IMG/VR virus record: IMGVR_UViG_3300047550_002778
Span: 1-64,000 of that record
DNA from: an uncultured virus (IMG/VR IMGVR_UViG_3300047550_002778)
Taxonomy: Duplodnaviria; Heunggongvirae; Uroviricota; Caudoviricetes
Reading direction: 5' to 3' (one strand)
DNA length: 64,000 bases
In this document: one piece after another, positions 51,024 through 58,940 of the stretch
Layout of the letters: every line of letters starts with the position of its first letter
Position numbering within the stretch: the stretch's first letter is position 1
The notes under the pieces: generated by a model
The model's database searches: none
What the model saw: the letters and a program-made list of their open reading frames with translations, nothing else
Told to the model about the DNA's origin: nothing
Program-made: the position numbers and the translations under genes

Positions 51024-51461
51024 TTATTTCTTATTAGAAACCTTTTTATCGACCGCTTTTAATAGTGCTCTGTAGTCTCTAGTAATTGCCTGAGATACCA
51101 CCTTAACTGGTTCTGGCGCATTTGATACAACAGACTCAGTAAGATGATCTTGTATAGATGGTTGTGACGCACCCATCATACTAGCCAATCCACCTTCTTG
51201 GGGAACACCACCTGTAGTTTCATTTAAAATTTGATTCAATACTGGATTATTTGTGTATTTAACAAACTTTTTGGTTGATTGTGATTGGACAGGCTCTTCT
51301 TCAACAGTCTCCATTACTGCTGATTTATACGAAGAATGTGAATCTGTCACCATTTTTTGGTTTGGATTAGAAAATGCTTCAAATAGACAATTTCTTACTT
51401 CCTCTTTGACAATCGACCTAACTTCTTGTCTGATGAGTTCTTTTAACGCTTCTATTTTCAT
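51024..51461 (-). CDS. Hypothetical protein
   Basis: LKELIRQEVRSIVKEE; NPVLNQILNET; TRDYRALLK. Confidence 0.65.
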   Translation of the reverse strand: MKIEALKELIRQEVRSIVKEEVRNCLFEAFSNPNQKMVTDSHSSYKSAVMETVEEEPVQSQSTKKFVKYTNNPVLNQILNETTGGVPQEGGLASMMGASQPSIQDHLTESVVSNAPEPVKVVSQAITRDYRALLKAVDKKVSNKK

Positions 51462-51506
51462 ATTATATATAATTATTAACTTGTTTGGTATTTTACGAAA
51501 TTTATA

Positions 51507-53534
51507 TTATGCCATTCCACCTAAAGAGTTCAATTGATCCACATTAACATTAGCAGTTATTTGAGAACTAAGTTGTGTTTTTGACGCTTCTAACTTAGAT
51601 TTTTGTAAATTTAATAAATCTTCAGCACCTTTTGTCGTCTTTGTTGGAAGCATTTTCTTTGGTGCTTTTATTTTGACTTTTTTGACTCTGGGTGCTGATG
51701 GTGGTTTTGGTATTTTTGGCTTTGGCATACCATTTTTTACCAAAGCTAATTTAGCAGCCGCAGCACCCAATGTTCCTCCCGCAGCTGCACCAATTAAAGC
51801 ACCTTGGCCACCCCCAGCAATTGCACCAATACCTCCACCTAATCCAGCTCCAGCTAAAAGTCCACCTCCAATACCACCAACGGCTAATCCACCTCCTACA
51901 GCGGCTCCAGATAACCCTCCAATTAAAGCACCTTGTCCTCCTCCCGCAATAGCACCAATTCCAGCACCCAATCCTCCTCCCAATAAACCACCAGTAGCAG
52001 CTTGGACCAATGCACTTGGAGGTTTTACGACTGACGCTGGATTTATTGAATCAATATTGCCACCAGATAGTTTTGTTAATGCTGCGTCAGCATTTGTTAT
52101 ATTTTCTGGTATAGGATTTTTTGGTAGGTCAGGTAGATTTGGTTTAGGAATCTCGGGCAATGAACTTTTTAACTTATCTACTGCTGCTATTTTTTCAGTT
52201 GATCCAATGTTACCCGTGACTGGATCAACAAATTTGGTATTACCAGCAATTGTTTCTGGTTTAAATTTATCTGGACTCCATTTGTCTCCAAGACCATCTT
52301 TGACAAATTTAGGTGTTTCAACTTTTGGAGTTTCAATTTTAGGAACAGTTTTAATGTCCGTAGAAGCTTGTAACTTGGATACAACTTCAGTTCCAGAAGC
52401 ATTTGATACAGAACTAACCGATGAATTCAACGATTCAACCGTAGTCGTTGTTTCATTTTTACCAGGAACTTTAAATTCGGTTTGACCAGCACCGTTTGGA
52501 AGAGCAGCCAACTCAGCTTGAGTCATTTTTGATCTTGGATCATCTGAAGCAAAACTTGTTCTTACTGTATAACCACCACCACTTACAGTTTCAGATTTTT
52601 GAACCGTTTCTGATACTGTAGTTGTCGAAGTTACTGTCGCACCTTCTGATGGGGTAGTAGATGAAGTAGAAGATTCTGCAAAGATGTCTTTAGATTCGGA
52701 CATTTGTTTATCAAAATCTTTGGAAGAATCTGACATTTGTTTGTCAAAATCAGCGCTGCTTTTTTCTAATTGTTTTTCTAAATCATCGTCTTTTTTATCT
52801 ATTTCCGTCAAACCTTTTTCTGGGTCCAATTGTTTTGGTGTTTGAGATGGAAGCTTAATGTTCGGATTATCTACTGTGGCAGGCTTGTTTAATGTTCCAT
52901 ATATTGTTTGTGATGGAGGACCAGCCAACGCCGGATCTGGGTCTGGAAGAAAACAAGATGGAATTTTATTCTTGTCCCACTTACCTGATTTAACATTTTC
53001 CATCGCATCATCAATTACAGCTTGAAGATGTGCCTTCTGTCTTTCTTTGCTTTTATCTACGGATGAAACATCTCCGCTTAACAACGCAGTCTCATAACGT
53101 TGTATATAATCATGAACTGTTAATAAAAATGTGTCTAGTTTTGATGTTTCCAAATCTTTCAAACATGGCCATTTTGAATAATATATTTCTCTAAAAATTG
53201 GACGTTGATTTATATTAACAATAATATTTTGATGTGGTGTTCTGGGCCCAGCATATCCAACAATTACGGGTGGTAAGTTGTTTTTGTCTGGAACATCTGG
53301 CAAAACTCCTCTTTCGTCTAAATATTTGTATAGTTCCGAGTAAGTATAACCTTTGTCTGAGGTGCCAAAATCATTATCACCAACAAAATATCCAAATCCA
53401 CTGCCTATGATTGGAACAATATCTTCAAATGCATAAATAATTTTAGCATTACCATTGAGGTATAGACCTTTACTGTAATTGTTTCCACTATCAGGTTGTA
53501 AGAATCCAAGAATGTCTACTAATTTTTGTTCCAT
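51507..53534 (-). CDS. Hypothetical protein with glycine-zipper segment
   Basis: 675-aa ORF directly after the hub/spike gene; long GxxxG hydrophobic tract followed by a Lys/Pro-rich tail. Confidence 0.65.
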   Translation of the reverse strand: MEQKLVDILGFLQPDSGNNYSKGLYLNGNAKIIYAFEDIVPIIGSGFGYFVGDNDFGTSDKGYTYSELYKYLDERGVLPDVPDKNNLPPVIVGYAGPRTPHQNIIVNINQRPIFREIYYSKWPCLKDLETSKLDTFLLTVHDYIQRYETALLSGDVSSVDKSKERQKAHLQAVIDDAMENVKSGKWDKNKIPSCFLPDPDPALAGPPSQTIYGTLNKPATVDNPNIKLPSQTPKQLDPEKGLTEIDKKDDDLEKQLEKSSADFDKQMSDSSKDFDKQMSESKDIFAESSTSSTTPSEGATVTSTTTVSETVQKSETVSGGGYTVRTSFASDDPRSKMTQAELAALPNGAGQTEFKVPGKNETTTTVESLNSSVSSVSNASGTEVVSKLQASTDIKTVPKIETPKVETPKFVKDGLGDKWSPDKFKPETIAGNTKFVDPVTGNIGSTEKIAAVDKLKSSLPEIPKPNLPDLPKNPIPENITNADAALTKLSGGNIDSINPASVVKPPSALVQAATGGLLGGGLGAGIGAIAGGGQGALIGGLSGAAVGGGLAVGGIGGGLLAGAGLGGGIGAIAGGGQGALIGAAAGGTLGAAAAKLALVKNGMPKPKIPKPPSAPRVKKVKIKAPKKMLPTKTTKGAEDLLNLQKSKLEASKTQLSSQITANVNVDQLNSLGGMA

Positions 53535-53540
53535 AATAAA

Positions 53541-55247
53541 TTAACTTTCAAATTCAAACTCAATCTGAACTGGACCTTCTCTACGATTTCTACCTTTAAA
53601 GTCACCAACAACACCAGCACCAGTAACTGTGTTTATAATTACAGGTGCCGCACATTCAGCACCACTACCGGCTGGTTTAACACCATTTGAACCCGGTGCA
53701 TATCCTCCACCTGTTACAAATACACGACGACTTAGTGTTTTATGTAAATTATCACGTAACAATTTTAGTTTGATTTGTTGAACTGGTATTTGTGTTTGAT
53801 CTGGAACAGCGTCGTTTGTATTTTCTTGAGTGATTTGACCAGCATCATCGTGACCGTGAGGGTGAGGATGAACGTGGTGATACCAATGAACATGATCAAG
53901 TATCCAGTTACAAAGATCATAGAGCCAATCAACAGTTGTTTGTCCAAGAAGAGCGGGTTCGTTTGTTTCTCCATATTGTCCTAAAAATATCTGTGGTGCA
54001 TTAATACAAGCCAATCTATTTGTGGTCAATACAACTTGATCATTTGCATCCACAGTGTATTCATTATCTGTAGCAATACCATATCGTTTTTTACTAAAAT
54101 GAAATGTTTCGGCAAATCTACTACTCAACACTATTCTATCTGTATTAACAATCAATTGATCTCCATTTAATACCGGAAACTCAAAATTAGTAGAACCTGC
54201 TGGATTAAACTTGACTTGTTCTTCTGTTGGTTTTCTATCATTCTTAGTAACCCCAAACATGCTTTTATAAACTGTAGTTTTCCAATTGCTCGTTGGCGGT
54301 CCACTGTTTATTTCAATTGTGGTTCCATCATTATTAATATCTTCTTCTATTTGTCCACCATAGTTTTTTTCTCTAGGTTTGATTGGCAAAATAGGAGGAA
54401 GTTTTGGATGTAATTGTTGTGGTTTATCCAGTGCAATGTTTCTCTGTCTATTTCTAATTATGAGACGAGGATTACCGTAACCACCGGCAACAGAGTCTCT
54501 AAATAGACCAGAATTAATTGCATATGATGGATAAATCGACTTATCAGAGGATCTATTAAAGTCATAGGCAGTGAATCTTATTGATTGACCAAAACGACTT
54601 TCAATTACAGTGTCACCTTCAAATTTTCTAACACTGCGAATGAAAGGATTTAAAATAAAATAATCGCCCAAATATCCAACTTTGGTAACTGCTTTGAACA
54701 GTGGGTGAGAAATATATGTTTTTCTAAACGGATCAGGGTTCGCGGGAGTAGCACTACTATTATCATTACTAAAGCCAATCTCCGTAACAAAGTCTGCATT
54801 GGTTCCTACAAAGTTAAATCTATTAAACGGTTTTGTATAATAAAAATTACCACCAACTTTTATTACCAATACTTGTTCATTCAAAAGAGGATACTGTGTA
54901 ATAGTATTATCCAATGGTATAGCCCACGGCAATTTTTCTAGAGGAGTTTTCTTCTCTATATCTAATATTCTAACTTTAGCACGCCCAATAAAACTGTAGT
55001 CAACATCTGAACTTGATGGAACATCATTCTTATAGTTAACTGGTATTTGTTGCGGGTTTACAGTGATTGGTATTTGTGTATTTTCCGCATCTAAATCTTT
55101 TCCAAAAAATGGATGTTCGTCATTTAAAATAATATCAACTACAACTGCCAACTGAAAATTTGGATTATCTCCAACCAAATTTTTAGAGTTAACACCAGTT
55201 GGAGTTTGTTTTATGTATCTAGAAATATCTGTAGATGAATCAGCCAT
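53541..55247 (-). CDS. Baseplate hub/central spike protein (gp5/Vgr-like, no lysozyme domain seen)
   Basis: AVVVDII...GRAKVR...YPLLNEQV OB-like N-terminus; EGDTVIESRFGQSIRF; beta-helix-like NTDRIVLSS; His-rich tip motif. Confidence 0.7.
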   Translation of the reverse strand: MADSSTDISRYIKQTPTGVNSKNLVGDNPNFQLAVVVDIILNDEHPFFGKDLDAENTQIPITVNPQQIPVNYKNDVPSSSDVDYSFIGRAKVRILDIEKKTPLEKLPWAIPLDNTITQYPLLNEQVLVIKVGGNFYYTKPFNRFNFVGTNADFVTEIGFSNDNSSATPANPDPFRKTYISHPLFKAVTKVGYLGDYFILNPFIRSVRKFEGDTVIESRFGQSIRFTAYDFNRSSDKSIYPSYAINSGLFRDSVAGGYGNPRLIIRNRQRNIALDKPQQLHPKLPPILPIKPREKNYGGQIEEDINNDGTTIEINSGPPTSNWKTTVYKSMFGVTKNDRKPTEEQVKFNPAGSTNFEFPVLNGDQLIVNTDRIVLSSRFAETFHFSKKRYGIATDNEYTVDANDQVVLTTNRLACINAPQIFLGQYGETNEPALLGQTTVDWLYDLCNWILDHVHWYHHVHPHPHGHDDAGQITQENTNDAVPDQTQIPVQQIKLKLLRDNLHKTLSRRVFVTGGGYAPGSNGVKPAGSGAECAAPVIINTVTGAGVVGDFKGRNRREGPVQIEFEFES

Positions 55248-55249
55248 AA

Positions 55250-55594
55250 TTATTTAGATACTTTAGCGATAGATACCACGTCATCCATCAATTGTTTGCG
55301 TTCTTCGTCAGACAAAATCATGTTATTTCCTTCACCACTTGCTTCACCTTTAGCAACCAACTTTTGAACTATAGATGCTAATTTAACCAACTGTTCATCG
55401 TTTTTAATACCAACATCATAGTAGTCTTTTATGAGAGGAACTATAATAACAGCATCATTTACAGTTTTAATAAGAGTTCTAAGTTCAGAAATAAGAATAT
55501 CTATTTGATCTTTCTTACTTTCTGAATTTTTTACAATATCTTTGCACAAGCTGGCAAAATTCTTACCCTTGTATATTTCAAAGTCTGTGTCCAT
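55250..55594 (-). CDS. Conserved helical hypothetical protein
   Basis: Likely ATG 55594 with TATTTATT box 4 nt upstream; IVPLIKDYYDVGIKNDEQLVKLA. Confidence 0.65.
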   Translation of the reverse strand: MDTDFEIYKGKNFASLCKDIVKNSESKKDQIDILISELRTLIKTVNDAVIIVPLIKDYYDVGIKNDEQLVKLASIVQKLVAKGEASGEGNNMILSDEERKQLMDDVVSIAKVSK

Positions 55595-55607
55595 ATTCAA
55601 TAAATAG

Positions 55608-55637
55608 AAAAAACCAACCGTTTTGTCGATTGGTTTT
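55608..55637 (-). terminator. Intrinsic terminator after sigma factor gene
   Basis: aaaaaaccaaccg-ttttgt-cgattggtttt hairpin. Confidence 0.65.
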
Positions 55638-55668
55638 GTTTTTATACACAGAAATATAGTTTGTTTAA

Positions 55669-56631
55669 TTATACTGTTCCACGGTTTATATAGCTTTTCA
55701 TAACTGTGGATTGATAACTTTTCATTTTATTAAGCACTTTTGTTATTTGTTGTGTTTTACAATTGCTTATTTCACGGATGTATAAATACAATGTCTTTTT
55801 ATTAAAACTTTCAATTCTATCACAATTTCTAAACAATTCAATTACTGCATATGCGATGTTAAGATCTTTTGCTTTTGAGAAAATTTTAGTAATATTTTTT
55901 TCCCAATAGTCAATCAACAATTTCATTAATTCTTGAGTTTGAACATCACGGTGATGAGCATCTTCGGTTTGTAAACATACTGAATCTTCACTAGGTGTGT
56001 CACTAATATCTACATGTTGATTAAATCTTTTATAATTGTTATTATTATGAAATATTAAATAGTTCTTAGCAACAATACTAAAATAACTGAACGCTTTTCC
56101 CTTACCCGATTGAAACTTGTGTATGTTAGCTACAAGATGTGCGACAGTTTCACGTTGAATTTCCAACGGACCAGTATCAAAGTAAGTAAATTTAAAAGTA
56201 TTGTATATGTTTTCGACCAACTTTTCAAAACTAAACTTTATACGTTCATTATAGATCGTGTTGCGTATATCATTATTTTCTTGAGCATTATATTCGACAA
56301 TAGCATCTTCTGTAGCCTTACTAAAATATATTTTTTCTTTTTTGTTTCTACCACGGCGTCTTACACGTTTTGGTTCATCATCAAATGTTATATCTTCTAC
56401 GTTGTTAGTATTGTCATTTGTAGAAGGTTGTGCCAAATTTACATCACTGTCACGTTTAATTACAATTTCGGGTATAAATTTTTTTTGTGGTTCAACAACT
56501 TTTTTAGTTTTTTGTTTCGCTTTAATCTTTACATCATATACAACCTTGACTTTTTGTTTCGATGGTTGTTTTGAAACACGCAAGGTTGTCTTCTTTTTTG
56601 AAGATTTCTTACTTTTTGTTTTGTTCTTCAT
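55669..56631 (-). CDS. Phage late-transcription sigma factor (T4 gp55-like) with Lys-rich N-terminal extension
   Basis: IYFSKATEDAIVEYN...FEKLVENI...HKFQSGKGKAFSYFSIVAKNYL resembles sigma region 2 of gp55 (NFD...PFAYFT). Start position uncertain. Confidence 0.65.
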   Translation of the reverse strand: MKNKTKSKKSSKKKTTLRVSKQPSKQKVKVVYDVKIKAKQKTKKVVEPQKKFIPEIVIKRDSDVNLAQPSTNDNTNNVEDITFDDEPKRVRRRGRNKKEKIYFSKATEDAIVEYNAQENNDIRNTIYNERIKFSFEKLVENIYNTFKFTYFDTGPLEIQRETVAHLVANIHKFQSGKGKAFSYFSIVAKNYLIFHNNNNYKRFNQHVDISDTPSEDSVCLQTEDAHHRDVQTQELMKLLIDYWEKNITKIFSKAKDLNIAYAVIELFRNCDRIESFNKKTLYLYIREISNCKTQQITKVLNKMKSYQSTVMKSYINRGTV

Positions 56632-56956
56632 TAGAGGTATTGTTGTCATCATTATCATTAATCCTTTTGTTGCATTCATTGATAATGCTCAAAATGTCAG
56701 TAAAAACAAATCCAACATCATCATCTTTTTCAAATATACCACGTTCATCAACTTGTTTCAACTTTTTGTATACATTAGTTACAAGTTTTCTAAAATCATT
56801 GACCCACTGAACTAGGTCATTATTCATTGATTCAATGGTATTGAGTTGAGATTCCAACAAATCTATACGAGACAGTGCCTTGTTAAGCAAAATATAAATG
56901 AAAATGCCAATCGAAATGGAAATAATCAAAGATATAACTAATATTGTAACAATCAT
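56609..56956 (-). CDS. Membrane-anchored coiled-coil hypothetical protein
   Basis: N-terminal hydrophobic helix; GIFEKDDDVGFVF. Confidence 0.65.
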   Translation of the reverse strand: MIVTILVISLIISISIGIFIYILLNKALSRIDLLESQLNTIESMNNDLVQWVNDFRKLVTNVYKKLKQVDERGIFEKDDDVGFVFTDILSIINECNKRINDNDDNNTSNEEQNKK

Positions 56957-57090
56957 ATTTCGTCGGATTCTTCATCAAGTTCAACATATTCACCAATATA
57001 ATCTATAGCTTCTTCTACTAAAGACCAATCATTATTTTCACTGGCATCCAGTAGAATACGACGCAATTCTATAAGTTCTTCGTTATTCAT
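56953..57090 (-). CDS. Small acidic hypothetical protein (45 aa)
   Basis: Not in the ORF track. MNNEELIELRRILLDASENNDWSLVEEAIDYIGEYVELDEESDEI*; ATGA overlap with the next gene. Confidence 0.6.
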   Translation of the reverse strand: MNNEELIELRRILLDASENNDWSLVEEAIDYIGEYVELDEESDEI

Positions 57091-57138
57091 AGTTTAACAG
57101 TAATATATAGTTAAACTTCTATAAAACAATTTTTTATT

Positions 57139-58275
57139 TTAGAAGCTGAATAATCCTCTGATACCTTGTCCTCTACTTTTCTTAATTTTAGTTATAATTT
57201 TTTCAATTGGTTTTTCCACAATTTTCTCAACTTCTACTTGTTTTTCTACTTCTTTGATTACTTCAACAGGCTTTTCAATTATTTTTTCTACTTCTTTGAT
57301 TACTTCAACAGGCTTTTCCACCTCAACAATTTTTTCAATGATAGTGGGAGATGATGGAATACCAGGTCCATGAGCACCTTTGATTGGCGAAACTAAATCT
57401 GATTTATTTTCTGTTCCAGATTCTGATTCATTATTTTCAAATAGATCTTCTTTTTTATTTTTTTGTTTATAAAGTTCGTAGTCACGATCTTCGGTATCAA
57501 GTCTATAATTTGATGACATGTTATAGGCCAATAACAATACTACTGCCAATGGATCAAATACAGTAATCAAAACAATAATAAACCATTTAACTACCGTATC
57601 AATGTTTTGATCAAATTCTTTTGCTACAAATTTAAATGTAGTAATGTCTTTCTTTTGACTATTTTCAATCTTTAATTTGAAAATTTCTTCATCAATTTTT
57701 ATAGCCTTTTCTGAACCATCTTTCAACTTGGTATTTTCTGTTTCTAGTTGAGAATTTATACCGGTAATTTGTTCATTAATTTGATTTTGAATGTTTTGAA
57801 ACTGAATTGGATTTCTGGCAATCAATGCATTAGTAAGTGTTTCACTCAAACGAGACTCTTGATTAGCTCTTAGTGCCAATAATTTATCAATATTAGATTT
57901 AACAGCGTCCAGCTTTTTTGATTCATCTGTTTTTTGAGTTTCCAACGTTGTTATCTTTGTATTGGCAAGTTCAGTTTCTAATGAAGATTTTTGATAAGCA
58001 GCTGTAAGATATCCGAAAATACCCAAAGAAGTAATACACATTAATACCAAAACGGCTGTTACCATGTATGTTTTCATCAATACATTAGCAATATTCCAAT
58101 ATCTAAATAACCAAGATGTAGTTACCAATTTACCCAATTCCAAAGCACTGGCCATTATCATCGCAGCCAAAATAGCACCAGAAAATAATAATCCAATACC
58201 ATACACACTAAAGAATGCAGCACAACCTGCAATCAACATGGATGTGAAAATTACGAGATGTTTAAATTTGATCAT
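57139..58275 (-). CDS. Multi-pass membrane protein with coiled coil and VEK repeats
   Basis: Three N-terminal TM helices (LELGKLV motif), coiled coil, TM ending FDPLAV, C-terminal EKPVEVIKEVEK repeats. Likely ATG at 58275. Confidence 0.72.
   Translation of the reverse strand: MIKFKHLVIFTSMLIAGCAAFFSVYGIGLLFSGAILAAMIMASALELGKLVTTSWLFRYWNIANVLMKTYMVTAVLVLMCITSLGIFGYLTAAYQKSSLETELANTKITTLETQKTDESKKLDAVKSNIDKLLALRANQESRLSETLTNALIARNPIQFQNIQNQINEQITGINSQLETENTKLKDGSEKAIKIDEEIFKLKIENSQKKDITTFKFVAKEFDQNIDTVVKWFIIVLITVFDPLAVVLLLAYNMSSNYRLDTEDRDYELYKQKNKKEDLFENNESESGTENKSDLVSPIKGAHGPGIPSSPTIIEKIVEVEKPVEVIKEVEKIIEKPVEVIKEVEKQVEVEKIVEKPIEKIITKIKKSRGQGIRGLFSF
57241..57318 (-). repeat. 42-nt period coding duplication (EKPVEVIKEVEK)
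   Basis: tttttctacttctttgattacttcaacaggcttttc at 57241 and 57283. Confidence 0.85.
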
Positions 58276-58297
58276 ATATATAAATATCTTTAAAAAT

Positions 58298-58324
58298 AAA
58301 AAACCCTCCACTTAAGGAGGGTTT
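58298..58324 (-). terminator. Intrinsic terminator after hsp20
   Basis: aaaaaaccctcc-acttaa-ggagggttt. Confidence 0.8.
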
Positions 58325-58347
58325 GAACATAACAATTTTTAAAGATA

Positions 58348-58824
58348 TTAATTAATTTTAACCTTTTTTGTTGTAGGAGGTGTTGGTTTGATCTTGTTAA
58401 CCGTCACTGTAAGCAAACCATTTTCAAACCTTGCTTCAGGATCATCCTTATCAAATAGATCACTCAAAACAAAAGCACGTTTAAAACTACTGTGTTTTAG
58501 TTCTCTACGAATATAGGTTTTATTGCTGTTCTCCTTGACATCCTTAGTCTTTTGTCCACTAATAATCAAGAGATTTTCCTCAATTTCAACTGAAACTTCC
58601 TCCTTGGCAAGGCCTGGAATTTCGGCAACAATCTCAATGTGATCGTCATAATCCACGACATCTACACGGGGATAACTTTGTTTCTCAAAAAACCCAACAC
58701 CAAAATCCTTGGTCAATTCTGGGAATGTATTTGTGAAAACCTCATCGAAAATTTTATCGAATGGGGTAATAAAATCGTCACGATTGATGTGACGCAATGC
58801 TGGCACTTTATATCTAACTGACAT
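58348..58824 (-). CDS. Small heat-shock protein (Hsp20/alpha-crystallin)
   Basis: YPRVDV, AEIPGL, LIISGQK, FKRAF, ARFENGLLTV. Confidence 0.93.
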   Translation of the reverse strand: MSVRYKVPALRHINRDDFITPFDKIFDEVFTNTFPELTKDFGVGFFEKQSYPRVDVVDYDDHIEIVAEIPGLAKEEVSVEIEENLLIISGQKTKDVKENSNKTYIRRELKHSSFKRAFVLSDLFDKDDPEARFENGLLTVTVNKIKPTPPTTKKVKIN

Positions 58825-58940
58825 ATATTTCCTTTCTTTTTATAATAATTCTATTGAACTTATTATCATAGCAACCTCACTCGAGCGTTGCCGTGGTGAT
58901 AATTTACCACCAAGAATATATATCTGTCAAGATCAAAAAA

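Noticed and set aside
51673..52485. 270-aa plus-strand Pro/Ala-rich ORF
   Set aside because: Antisense shadow of the glycine-zipper gene.
58868..58893. CIRCE operator upstream of hsp20
   Set aside because: The inverted repeat does not match TTAGCACTC-N9-GAGTGCTAA.
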